Of a stretch of DNA of 64,000 nucleotides, positions 1 to 9,813 are shown one piece after another. The DNA is from Mantamonas sphyraenae STR306 (taxonomy: Eukaryota; Protista; CRuMs): the NCBI GenBank assembly GCA_026936335.1, contig JAPMXV010000057.1:299437-363436 (forward strand), written 5' to 3'. The number at the start of each line of letters is the position of its first letter. Within the stretch, counting starts at the first letter, position 1. The notes below the pieces were generated by a model, which worked only from the letters and a program-made list of their open reading frames with translations, was not told the DNA's origin and searched no databases. Made by a program: the position numbers and the translations under genes.

Positions 1-1056
1 ATGTTGCCTCAGTACGACCGCATCGTTGGTGTCTCACCCACAGGTTGGAACTATGCACGGCTGGGAAAGAACAAAAAGACCGGCTTTGCCGTCCAGGAGG
101 CCGGCAATGTCACTGTGCTCCGCGTGCCCTACAGCGAGCACAGCAGCTACAACGAACTGCAAGAGTGGGTCGACTACCTGCGCCCGAAAAAGATCGTGCC
201 CACTGTGAACTACAGCAAGGAGAAGGAGGTGCAGCGTCAGATTCGGTGCTTTGCAGGGCTCATCGATGACAGCCAGAACACAAGCACCCTCATGCCCTTT
301 CTCAGCCGTGCACGCGGCGGCAAGACCTCCTCCTCGTCCTCCTCGTCCTCCGCATCCGCTTCAGCCTCTTCTTCCTCGTCTGTACCCGTCGCTGCCGCCT
401 CATCGTTCTCGTCCACGGGCTCGGAGGCATCCTTCATGTCCGTCGATGAGAACGCCCAACAGCCTGACGCCAAACCAGAGCCCGAGGTGACTGAGACTGG
501 TGGGACCGAGCGTCAAGTCGAGGAGAATGTCGACATGGGCAGTGTCAATGTCGCAGAACAGCGCAGGCTGCTGAGCATGTACGAATCAAAGGCGCAGGCG
601 AGCACCAAAGTCGACCCCAAACCCAAATCCAACACGAAGCAATCCGACACTCCGGCCGCCTCTGCACACGCATCCATGTTTGCTGCTGCGTTCAAGAAGA
701 AAGAGCAGAGGAAGGATGCCACATTCTCACTGTTGGACGTCAATATTAGCGAGCAGCGCCACTTGCTCCATCTCATGGAGGTCAAGAAACGGGAACGAGA
801 CCGAGCTGCTGCCGCGGCTGCGTCCTCCTCGTCCTCCAACAACCGCACAGCAAATGATGGCGCAAAAACCTCCAAGAATGAGTCGCAGCCAAGCACAAGC
901 GATCAGATGGAGAGTGTGGTGGACACGACTGGTTTGCGCGCCGAGGATGACGAGGACGACTTCCAAGACGACATGGAGGTGGAGAAATCGCCAAAGGAGC
1001 GACAGCCGCGCCGACGCATGCACCCTGCACCTCGGCGACGCACGAGCAAAAGGTAG
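1..1056 (+). CDS. SNM1: SNM1/PSO2-family DNA cross-link repair nuclease, 3' part (beta-CASP/DRMBL end plus disordered tail); 5' truncated by window edge
   Basis: GVSPTGW...VPYSEHSSYNELQEWVDYLRPKKIVPTVN matches the conserved PTGW / PYSEHSS..EL / IPTVN end of the DRMBL domain. Confidence 0.88.
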   Translation: MLPQYDRIVGVSPTGWNYARLGKNKKTGFAVQEAGNVTVLRVPYSEHSSYNELQEWVDYLRPKKIVPTVNYSKEKEVQRQIRCFAGLIDDSQNTSTLMPFLSRARGGKTSSSSSSSSASASASSSSSVPVAAASSFSSTGSEASFMSVDENAQQPDAKPEPEVTETGGTERQVEENVDMGSVNVAEQRRLLSMYESKAQASTKVDPKPKSNTKQSDTPAASAHASMFAAAFKKKEQRKDATFSLLDVNISEQRHLLHLMEVKKRERDRAAAAAASSSSSNNRTANDGAKTSKNESQPSTSDQMESVVDTTGLRAEDDEDDFQDDMEVEKSPKERQPRRRMHPAPRRRTSKR

Positions 1057-1062
1057 AACCAT

Positions 1063-2022
1063 TCATTGTGACGATAGTGACGATACTGGCAACCGCCACA
1101 CGCCGATGCTCTTTGTGCCGCCGTCCGGCAGAAGCTGTTGAGGCTGCGGCCAATTGAATGGACGCACGCGCAGGTTGTAGTTCCATGACTGCACAAATGC
1201 TTCGCCTTCTTGGATGCCAGCAATGGGGTTGTCGCGCTCCTTGTCAAACGTGGACAACAGGGCGTACTTGTATATCTTTGAGGACGCCAGCCTGTTGAGC
1301 ACACTATGCACTGTGCCAATGGGCAAGTGCTGCAGCGCATCACGGCAGAACACCAGGTCTGCCTCTGGCCACTCGCTGTCGGCCTCGGCAAAGTCCAGCT
1401 GCTGGAAACGCCACCTGCTGTGCTTGGCAAATCGTTTGGCGTGCTTCTCCACCAGCATGGGCACCACATCTGTGCCAATATACGCAATGTTCAGCTTGGC
1501 CACCTGCTCATCCTCCAGCACACTCGGCATCCACGTCAGGTCGCCAGCCCCGAGATCTAGAATGGTCCGTGGCTTCAGCTCCACCAGCACCTTGACCAGC
1601 TGCTTACGCAGCACCTCTGTATACTCTAGCGAAGAGCCCACCCCACTCTTGGGAATGCTTTCCTTGGCATAGTTCCATTTGTGCTTCTCGTACACCTCGC
1701 TAAACGTTGCCTGGCGCGCCTTGCTCGCTGCGCTTGGCTCCTTTGTCGTCTGCTCCTCTTTCTCTTTCTCCTTCCCCTCTACCGCCCCATCCCCTCGACC
1801 ATCTGTAGCGTTATCTTGGGTGTGCCCATCGGATTTCTCCTCGTCGGCGTCCCTGTCGTCATCTTGGGACGACGATCCGTCCGCACCAACTGCCCCTTTC
1901 TCTGTGCGCCAACCGGAATCATGCGAGCCACGTCGCGGCTCAATTACGTACATTGTCGCCATTTCAAACAGCAAAATGGCCACGGCAGCCACCAGCACCG
2001 CCACAAGGAGCGCACGTCGCAT
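1063..2022 (-). CDS. Membrane-anchored class I SAM-dependent methyltransferase
   Basis: First ATG is at 2022 and is followed by a hydrophobic anchor (ALLVAVLVAAVAILLF). Motifs SGVGSS, ILDLGAGDLTWM, YIGTDVV and DLVFCRDALQHL are present. Confidence 0.85.
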   Translation of the reverse strand: MRRALLVAVLVAAVAILLFEMATMYVIEPRRGSHDSGWRTEKGAVGADGSSSQDDDRDADEEKSDGHTQDNATDGRGDGAVEGKEKEKEEQTTKEPSAASKARQATFSEVYEKHKWNYAKESIPKSGVGSSLEYTEVLRKQLVKVLVELKPRTILDLGAGDLTWMPSVLEDEQVAKLNIAYIGTDVVPMLVEKHAKRFAKHSRWRFQQLDFAEADSEWPEADLVFCRDALQHLPIGTVHSVLNRLASSKIYKYALLSTFDKERDNPIAGIQEGEAFVQSWNYNLRVRPFNWPQPQQLLPDGGTKSIGVWRLPVSSLSSQ

Positions 2023-2066
2023 GGTTGGCGCGGTTGCCGCAGCGCAGGCTTCTCCCAGCCCTCCTT

Positions 2067-4440
2067 TCACGCCTCAGCCTCCTCTTCCATTGCAGCTAGG
2101 AGCGCCTGACTGTCCTCCAGTCTCTTGGCCTGCCGTTTGATCAGTTGGTTCAGGCGAAGGATGTCCGTGCGCAGGCCGTTGACCTTGTCGTCGTAGAAGG
2201 AGCGCAGGAACGACACTTCGTTGCGCCGAACGGAATGCAGGACCACCATCGCACACAGGAACGCCCAGATGATGGCTGGTGCCGTGACGGCGCGATAGAC
2301 GAGGTCGAGCAGGCCGTTGCGTGCCATGATCGAATCCAGCACCGTGATCAGAATACGGCCTTGAAATAGGCCGCAGTCGACCGTGACCACGTTGAGCACG
2401 TAGTACACCAAGCTCAGCACCAAGGCAAACGTCACCACGTAGAAACGCATAAAGTACGATCCGGTATCCTTGGCTCGCCAGGGTCTCTTCGGCCTGCGGG
2501 AGAAGTTGAGCAGCATAAACTTCTCCCACTTGAAGGTGAGCAGGTGGAGAACAAAAGCAAGCACCATGACGTAGGGGAAGAAAGGAAACGCAACGAGGAG
2601 CAGCGTGTGCGAGTAGATGGCGTCGATGACAGAGCCCGGCACGGAAAACTCGCGTACGCCGTCGTCGTCGATCCCTCGCGCCTGGTTCACGGCTCGCAAT
2701 GCGTACACACTGCCGATGTTGGCCAGTTTCTTCAGAACAAAGTCGGATAGGTAGAGCGAAAACATGTCCAGACCAATCTTGTCAAAGATGCAGCCCTCCA
2801 GTGGCGCCTGTTGCTCGGTGCCGCTGATGTACACCGTGTTCTCCAGCAGCTGGAAGTATCCAAACACAATGATGAGCAGGTTGAGTGCCTTCATGGCATA
2901 GAGCCTGGAAATCTCCATCAGAATGGCAAACGACTGGTTGTCCCACCGCTCCAGCTCGGTCACCTTGTTGATGAGCGGAGGCAGGATGATGTTGATGGCC
3001 GTGACGGCTAGGGGAACGATGAACTGGCTGAACTGGATGCCCACCTGGCCGATGCTGCCCGTCCTCGCTTGGTTGATAATATCCTGCGCACTCAGGTTGA
3101 GGAGGATGATGATGGTCCACGCAGCCACAATGACGACGGTCATCAACAGATTCCCAGCCACTTTGCGGAGCACATAGATGACCCTTTCGCTGCGTGTGCG
3201 GTTCGATCGTGCCTCTTCGTCTCGGACCTCGCTCAGAAACAAGAGCAGCTGGTCGGCAATCAGCTTCTGCTGGTCCTCGATGCGCCGCATGCCGTTGATG
3301 GACCAATCCCAAGCCGAAAGCACGTACTTGGCGATGCGATCGCCCGTGCTCTGCTCCACCAAGTCCGAGTCCTGGTCCGCGCGTTGCGCCTCGGTGATGA
3401 CCTTGCGCGACGTCAGCACCACAAGGAACACCACTGTGCTCAACAGGGTGAGCAAATACATCACCTCGTCTCCCTGGCTCAGCGACGAATACTGCATCCA
3501 TATGGGAAGGAACCCAAGCAGTTCTGTGGCCGGTCCGCCAAACAAAGATCTTGTCACGTGTGCCAGCCACAGAAGACCCACAATGATGGCCACCACAGCT
3601 GTTTGTAGCACCAGCCACTTGAAGAAGCGGAAGTAGACCGCGATGCCCTCGCCAAAGTGGGAACTGATGTGGAACACGTCGGCCGCCAGCGGCTGAAAAC
3701 TGATGTAGAAGCGGTAGATGCGCCGAGATGCAATGCGAAGATTGAGTTTCCACCGTGGCAGGTCTGGGTTGGCATAGTACTCCAGCAGGGCGTCGTCGTC
3801 GTCGTCGTCCAGCAGTGCACCTTTCTGGATCGCTGCCTTCTTTGCCGCCACTCGCTTCTTGCGCGGCCTCTTCTTCTTCCCGCAGTCTTTCCTCCTCCCT
3901 TTCAGTCTGCCCCTTGCCAAACCCGGCCATGATGATTTTCAGCTCGTTCTGCTGGTTCTCCTGAGCCAGCGCATCGTTTTCCTGCGTCAGCCGTTTCACC
4001 TGCCGTGTCTTTTCGCGCAACGTCCCTCTCAACGAGTGGATGCGCTTCTTCTGCGCCTCGATTTTCCGTTTTTGCTGCACCAGTTTGTGTTGCAACCGCG
4101 CTCGCTGCTCGGCGTTGTGTTCGCTGTACTCGGCAAACGCTGCCGGCTCGTCATCACTGTCCTCTGCCTCGTCCCGTTCCTGCGCTATCATCACACCCAT
4201 CCTGCCGTCCGAATCCGACTCATCCCCGTCCGAGTCGTCACCTTTCAGCTCCTCCACCAGCGTCTGTACATCGCTGGCCCTGCTGTGTTCAAAACGCGCG
4301 AGCAGACGATCGACTTTGTCCACCCCTGGCGAGTCAATCAGAGAGTCAAACAGCGTGTCAACCTCGCGATGCAGCCTTTCATCGTCCTGGTGTGCTGTGC
4401 CCTGCCTCTGTGCTCCAGCACCTTCCGTCGAGTCGACCAT
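2067..4440 (-). CDS. TMC: Transmembrane channel-like (TMC) protein; one frameshift near 3861
   Basis: HFGEGIAVYFRFFKWL, VTELERW and EFSVPGSVIDAIYSHTLLLVAFPFFP are TMC motifs. The acidic/coiled-coil N-terminus (ATG 4440) lies in a different frame and joins at EEEEAA/KKRVAAKK. Confidence 0.85.
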
Positions 4441-4672
4441 TCCCGGTAGGTTGAGCCCCGGGTCAGCGTTTGGGCTTTCCCGTCCTGTGTGGACAGGGAT
4501 GCGCGCGCGCGTGTGTTTGTGTGTGTGTGAGCAAGGAATAAGGCGTGCATCCAATCGGTTTCTGGTTTAATGATGTGCAAGAACACTCACCAGCAGGTTT
4601 GCGGTACCGGAGGCTCATGGTTGGCTACCGGGCGCATGCTGAACACGCGACACCCATCCACTGTCCACATGC

Positions 4673-5482
4673 CTATGTTGGTCTTACTGGTGACGGCTGC
4701 ATCGACTCGAGGGTGTTGATGACCATGTAGCGGCTAAGAACGACGTAGAAGCGTCGGAACCACACTAGTTGGCTGCCGTGACACAACATGGCATTGTACG
4801 CACCCATCAGGGTTGGAGTCACCTGCATAGACACTCTGTTCGATGTGGAGCTGACGTAGCGCGACCAGGGCACATCCAGGGCGCCAATGTACTTGCGCAG
4901 CAGATTTGTGCTGACGAGGCGCAGCACTTGGGTTGTTGCAAGGTCGATGGAGCGCGCGTCTATCATGTGTTGAATAGCGAGGTGGCAGGATATGTGGTTG
5001 GCATGGCCTGACACGCCATAGTCGTCAAAAGTGAGGACGAGAGAGAAGTGCTTGTCTCCCATTGCCTCCAGGACGTATTGTTCAATCACGTTTGGGTACC
5101 ACATGCTATCGGGACCATCAAGAAGGCGGGGGTCATCCACACAGGTCACTCGCGTGGCGTCCTCAATGCCCAATGCGGCTGCACTATCCAGCAACTCCTG
5201 GGCACGTTGCTCGCCCAGTCCGTCGTGGTTCCCTCGAGAAAGGCACAGAATGTGGACGTTAGCTTGCTCGCGCTGCACCAGGGACAGCACAGTCGGCCCA
5301 AAAAACATGCATTCATCGTCCGGGTGGGCAATCACAAGCAGCACGTTCCTTTCTTTGTCGTCCTTGTCCAGGAGGCGTTGGTGGCCCGTCATTGCCATGC
5401 CATACAGCAGCACCAAGAGGTTGAACACCACCAGAGATACTTTGAGGATATCCACTACCCATTGGAGCAAGGCGTGGTCCAT
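4673..5482 (-). CDS. PIGL: N-acetylglucosaminyl-phosphatidylinositol de-N-acetylase (PIG-L/GPI12)
   Basis: N-terminal TM segment, then VIAHPDDECMFFGP, TFDDYGVSGHANH and HGSQLVWFRR. Confidence 0.95.
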   Translation of the reverse strand: MDHALLQWVVDILKVSLVVFNLLVLLYGMAMTGHQRLLDKDDKERNVLLVIAHPDDECMFFGPTVLSLVQREQANVHILCLSRGNHDGLGEQRAQELLDSAAALGIEDATRVTCVDDPRLLDGPDSMWYPNVIEQYVLEAMGDKHFSLVLTFDDYGVSGHANHISCHLAIQHMIDARSIDLATTQVLRLVSTNLLRKYIGALDVPWSRYVSSTSNRVSMQVTPTLMGAYNAMLCHGSQLVWFRRFYVVLSRYMVINTLESMQPSPVRPT

Positions 5483-5618
5483 TTTGTTGCTTCTGGGAGG
5501 GCGGTTCCCACACATACGCAAGACCACGCGATGTGGGTGGAGGGTGGCCACACGAGGCTGTGCAAGTGCATTGGATTGTGTGCTGTACATATTGTACCTG
5601 TGTGTTGGGGAGGGGGCG

Positions 5619-7115
5619 CTACCTGGATGCAAGCACGTCCAACATGGACTGGACACGCGTGAGCTTCTCCCTGGGGGCACCGCGTTCCTGACCCTGAACC
5701 CTCTCGTAGTCGTCAATGCATGTCCAGTCGTCATGGGACACAACGGTGTTCCTGGATCTTGCGCACAACCACTGGTCAACCTGTTCTCGAGTCTGCCAAG
5801 GGCTTGTCTCGATCTTGCCAGACTCCAGATCGCCGTGGGCCACATCGTGGAGTAAACATGCGGCTGTTTCGTAGGCATTGTTGAGGGTGCTTGCAATGAC
5901 ACCAGTGGGCCCTGTCTTGAGCCAGCCCGCGACGTAGAGACCAGGTGCACCGTCCACGCGGCCATGGACGTTGGGCATCACCCCTCGAGCAGAGTCGAAT
6001 GGTTGCTTGGAGTCCACTCGGATGGCCTTGTATCCGATGGAGCGGAGGAGCAGACCACATGGCAGTGACTCGACCTCGTCCGTTGGCACAACGGCTCCGC
6101 TGTCGTCCAAACCATTGCGTTGCAAATCGACACTGAGCAATCGGTGATCCGAGTCTGCGTGAAGAGCCACAGGGCTGCTGAAGAAGCGCAACGAGATTGT
6201 GCGTTGCGCTGTGGAAGCGGCCTCGTCCGCATCGTCCTTTTCCTGGGAGCTGATGACTTTGGTCACGAGATCGGACATGCGCCGTCGTGCTCTGTCGCTG
6301 GAGAGCACTGTGGCGTCGAGGTTGGATGTGTGGACGTCTTTGGGACGGTGGACTGTCAGGTTGACGGACGGAAGCCGGTGCAGCTCACGCAGCTCCTTGG
6401 TGGTGAATGAGGCCTGGAGAAGGCCACGACGTCCAACCACGTGGATGCGTTGGATTTGAGAGGCAGCCAAGCGGTCCAGGGCATTCTGAGTGATGTCTGT
6501 TTTGCGCAGCTCGTCGACGGGCTTGGCAAGGATGCGAGCCACGTCCAGGGCCACATTACCGTGGCCAACGACCACCACATCAGAGTGGCTAAACGCCTCG
6601 TCACGGTCAAAGAAGCTGTTGGCTTGGTAGTCTGGGTGGCCATTGTACCAGCCCACAAAGTCGCGAGCACTCTGTACGCCGCGAGTGGTGCTCTCCCCTT
6701 CCAGACCCAGCTGCTTGTCCATATCACAGCCATATGCCATGATGACTGCGTCGTAGTAGGCACGCAAGGCGGCTAGAGGGACGTCGCCGAGCATGTCACC
6801 GACGGTGACGTGGCCAAAATACTCGACCTGCGGCGAGGCGAGCACTTCCTCGAATTTGTTCTCCACGCTCTTCACCTCTGGATGGTCGGGGGCAACACCT
6901 GACCGCACCAATCCGTGCGGATTGGGCAGTCGTTCAAACACGTGTATGCGAGACCCAGTTGGACCGTGTTTGAGCAGGTAGTCCACGGCGTAGCAGCCCG
7001 CTGGTCCCGCCCCCACCACAGCTACCTGCACAGGCTTTTCCATCTTTATCGATGACGCAGCGGGTGCACTAGCCGCCCACACTGCGTTGGCAGAGCCTCG
7101 AGATCGAGCAAACAT
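5619..7115 (-). CDS. FDXR: Mitochondrial NADPH:adrenodoxin oxidoreductase
   Basis: VVGAGPAG, GLVRSGVAPDHPEVK, FVGWYNGHP, GHGNVALDVARIL and GWLKTGPTGVI, with a presequence-like N-terminus (MFARSRGS). Confidence 0.95.
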   Translation of the reverse strand: MFARSRGSANAVWAASAPAASSIKMEKPVQVAVVGAGPAGCYAVDYLLKHGPTGSRIHVFERLPNPHGLVRSGVAPDHPEVKSVENKFEEVLASPQVEYFGHVTVGDMLGDVPLAALRAYYDAVIMAYGCDMDKQLGLEGESTTRGVQSARDFVGWYNGHPDYQANSFFDRDEAFSHSDVVVVGHGNVALDVARILAKPVDELRKTDITQNALDRLAASQIQRIHVVGRRGLLQASFTTKELRELHRLPSVNLTVHRPKDVHTSNLDATVLSSDRARRRMSDLVTKVISSQEKDDADEAASTAQRTISLRFFSSPVALHADSDHRLLSVDLQRNGLDDSGAVVPTDEVESLPCGLLLRSIGYKAIRVDSKQPFDSARGVMPNVHGRVDGAPGLYVAGWLKTGPTGVIASTLNNAYETAACLLHDVAHGDLESGKIETSPWQTREQVDQWLCARSRNTVVSHDDWTCIDDYERVQGQERGAPREKLTRVQSMLDVLASR

Positions 7116-7270
7116 CAGCAATGGTTGGCGGAATTGACGCGGGGAAATTCTGCAGAACGTGGAGTGTGCGTGCGCAAGCAACACAATGATGCACACAAAG
7201 CTTTACATCATGTACAATAGAACTCGTCGTCGGAACGAAAGGATGGCACACGATGCGTTTATGAAACTCT

Positions 7271-9119
7271 TTACATCATGTAGAACTCGTCGTCGGAGCT
7301 GTCCGAGCTGAACAGATCGTCGTCGGAGCTGCCAACACCAGCGGGGGCGGCGCCACCGCGCAGGTTGCCGATCAGACCACGCACGCCACCGATCAGGCCA
7401 CGGGCGTCGCCAAACAGGCTGCGGCCCTGGTTGAACAGGTCGCGGGCAGCCGGGAACGAGTTGCGGATGCGCTCAAACAGGTTGCCGCCGCTGCTGCGGA
7501 AGTTGCGGATGAGGTTGCCCACACCCGAGAACAGACCGCGGCCACGGTTGAACAGGTCGCGACCCTGGCCGATGAGGCCGGTCACACCGTTGACAATGTT
7601 GCCCAGACGGCCGCTGCCGACAAAGCTGATAGCCTTGCGGAAGAAACCACCGATGCGGCGCAGGAAGCGGAACTGATCAAAGTCAGACACCTCCTCGTCG
7701 TCGGAGCTCGACTCGGAGTCGAACAGGTCGTCGTCGGAGCTGCCGACACCCTCGGGGGCGGGGGCGGCGCCACCACGGAAGTTGCCGATCAGACCACGCA
7801 CGCCACCGATCAGGCCACGGGCGTCACCAAACAGGCTGCGGCCCTGGTTGAACAGGTCACGGGCAGCCGGGAACGAGTTGCGGATGCGCTCAAACAGGTT
7901 GCCGCCGCTGCTGCGGAAGTTGCGGATGAGGTTGCCCACACCCGAGAACAGACCACGGCCACGGTTGAACAGGTCGCGACCCTGGCCGATGAGGCCGGTC
8001 ACACCGTTGACAATGTTGCCCAGACGGCCGCTGCTCACGAAGCCAACAGCCTTGCGCACGAAACCACCGATGCGGCGGAAAAATCCACGGCGACGGCGTC
8101 GGCGACGGCCAAAGTCAAAGTCCTCGAGCTCCTCCTCGCTGGAGCTGTCGTCGGAGCTGCCAACACCAGTGGTGATCAGCTGGCGAGCCAGGTTGCGGAT
8201 GCCACCTGCGCTGGACACCACGCCGGTGATGCGCTGCAGCAGCGAGCCGTCGCCGTTGCGGATGGCGTTCACCAGGTTGCGGCCGTTCTGGACCATACCG
8301 ATGATGCGCGAAGCCAGGCCAGCACCGGGCAGAGCCAGGTTCGAGGCAACCTGCAGGGCGATGCGGAAGTACGGGCTGGAAGTGATGCGCTGCACGTACG
8401 GAGCCACCTTCTGGTAGATCTTGCCCACAGTGCCAGCGGCCTTCTTCACGAAGCCACCCACCTTCTTGGCGACCCTGCGGCGACGGCGGCGTCGGCGACG
8501 GCCAAAGTGCGACACCCTCGGGGGCGGCGCCACCACGGAAGTTGCCGATCAGAACGCCACCCACGGCGACGGCGTCGGCGACGGGCGCCAAAGTCAAAGT
8601 CCTCGCGAGCTCCGGTCGTTGACTCGCTGCTCACGAAGCCAACAGCCTGGAGCTGCTCTCCTCGAGCTCCTCCTCCGGCTCTCCTCCTCCTCCGGGCTCA
8701 TGATCTCCTCCTCGAACTGCAATGCGTGCGTGCGAGCGTGCGTGTGAGTGTGAGTGTGAGCGTATTTTTTCGTGTGCGATTTTTTTGCGTGGCTCGCCTC
8801 GTTGCACGATCGTCGGCCCTTTCCCATCGAAGCGTCGGCCATCTGTGGCCAAACAATACCCAGCTCCCTTCCAAACATGAATGTGCACTACTGCACTTTA
8901 CTGCGCTGCCCATGCGACTGGTCACTGGCGCGCAGCAGCCGGTTGTGTGCGTGCGGGAGGGAGAAAAAACGAAAAAGCGCACAGAAAACGCGAAAAACAC
9001 ACCTCGCTGGCACTGGCATCAGTGCTCATCTCGCTCTCGGAGTTGTCGCTGTAGTCGCTGCTTGCGATAGCAAACACGCTCAGCGCAAGCAGGACCAGCA
9101 GAAACAGGCTTCTCTGCAT
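7271..9119 (-). CDS. Secreted multi-module cationic amphipathic polyprotein (putative membrane-lytic/antimicrobial peptide precursor); 2 exons, start of exon 2 scrambled in the assembly
   Basis: Exon 1 is 9119-9003 (MQRSLFLLVLLALSVFAIA signal peptide plus acidic propiece). The intron is 9002-8717 (GTGTGT...TTGCAG). Exon 2 starts FEEEIMSPEEEE. An intact frame from ~8510 to 7271 holds three Gly/Arg-rich modules separated by Ser/Asp/Glu spacers. Codon use is strongly biased (TTC/CGC/GGC). Confidence 0.7.
7315..8080. repeat. Near-identical tandem duplication, period 417 nt (139 aa), encoding modules 2 and 3 of the polyprotein
   Basis: gttgccgatcagaccacgcacgccaccgatcagg occurs at 7364 and 7781, and identity continues for about 300 nt with few substitutions. 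Confidence 0.95.
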
Positions 9120-9316
9120 GTTGGGGGGGTTGTTGGTTGGTTTTTGTGGCCGACACCGCGCAGCTCCATCCAGCCACTTCCCTGCTTCCCTGCTGGCATT
9201 CGAAAGCGTGCGTGCACCAGTACCACCCCCACGCCTCAGTTTCCCCGGCGTAGTCTCGCCTGCCCATCGCCTGCTGCCCGTCCGCACACCCACCCAAACT
9301 TCGCCCTTTTCCCATC

Positions 9317-9799
9317 ATGTCCAAGTCATCCCTTTGGCATCGTGCCCGTGCGGCCAAGAACGAGCTGCAGGCGTTCTACGCCGACCATCAGGTGCTGCTC
9401 ACCGTGTCGGGTACCCTGCTTTCGGGCACCGCCGCGTGGGCAGGTTTTGCCTACCGCCAAGCATCCACCGAACGCATTCAGAAGCAATTGGACGACATTC
9501 GAACCCGTCTCGACACCAAACCGGGCGACAGTGAGCACAACAGTCTGATGCAAGCCCTTCATTTCGATCGTTTCGTCGTCCCCGGAGCCATTCTGACGAT
9601 TTTCCTCACCTACGGCGTCGGCTTCCGTCACGGAAAAGCCTACGAACGCCGCAAGATGGCCAAAACCGCGTCCGAGGCTCTCGGCAAGAAGCTATCCGGT
9701 GCTGAAACCATCGCTGTGCATCCCAATCCGCCAAAAATCGGCATCGTGCAGCGCCTGCAAGCCAAGCGCAGCAAGCCTTCCGCCAAGTCCCCGAACTGA
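9317..9799 (+). CDS. Hypothetical small basic membrane protein (2 predicted hydrophobic segments)
   Basis: ATG-initiated 160-aa ORF that fills the gap between neighbouring genes. Hydrophobic stretches are VLLTVSGTLLSGTAAWAGF and FVVPGAILTIFLTYGVGF. Confidence 0.65.
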   Translation: MSKSSLWHRARAAKNELQAFYADHQVLLTVSGTLLSGTAAWAGFAYRQASTERIQKQLDDIRTRLDTKPGDSEHNSLMQALHFDRFVVPGAILTIFLTYGVGFRHGKAYERRKMAKTASEALGKKLSGAETIAVHPNPPKIGIVQRLQAKRSKPSAKSPN

Positions 9800-9813
9800 G
9801 CAGGTACAGCCAG

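Noticed and set aside
7365-8417. Arg/Pro-rich + strand ORFs resembling proline-rich AMPs
   Set aside because: They have non-ATG starts and are the antisense mirror of the Gly/Arg polyprotein; the signal exon and codon bias favour the minus strand.
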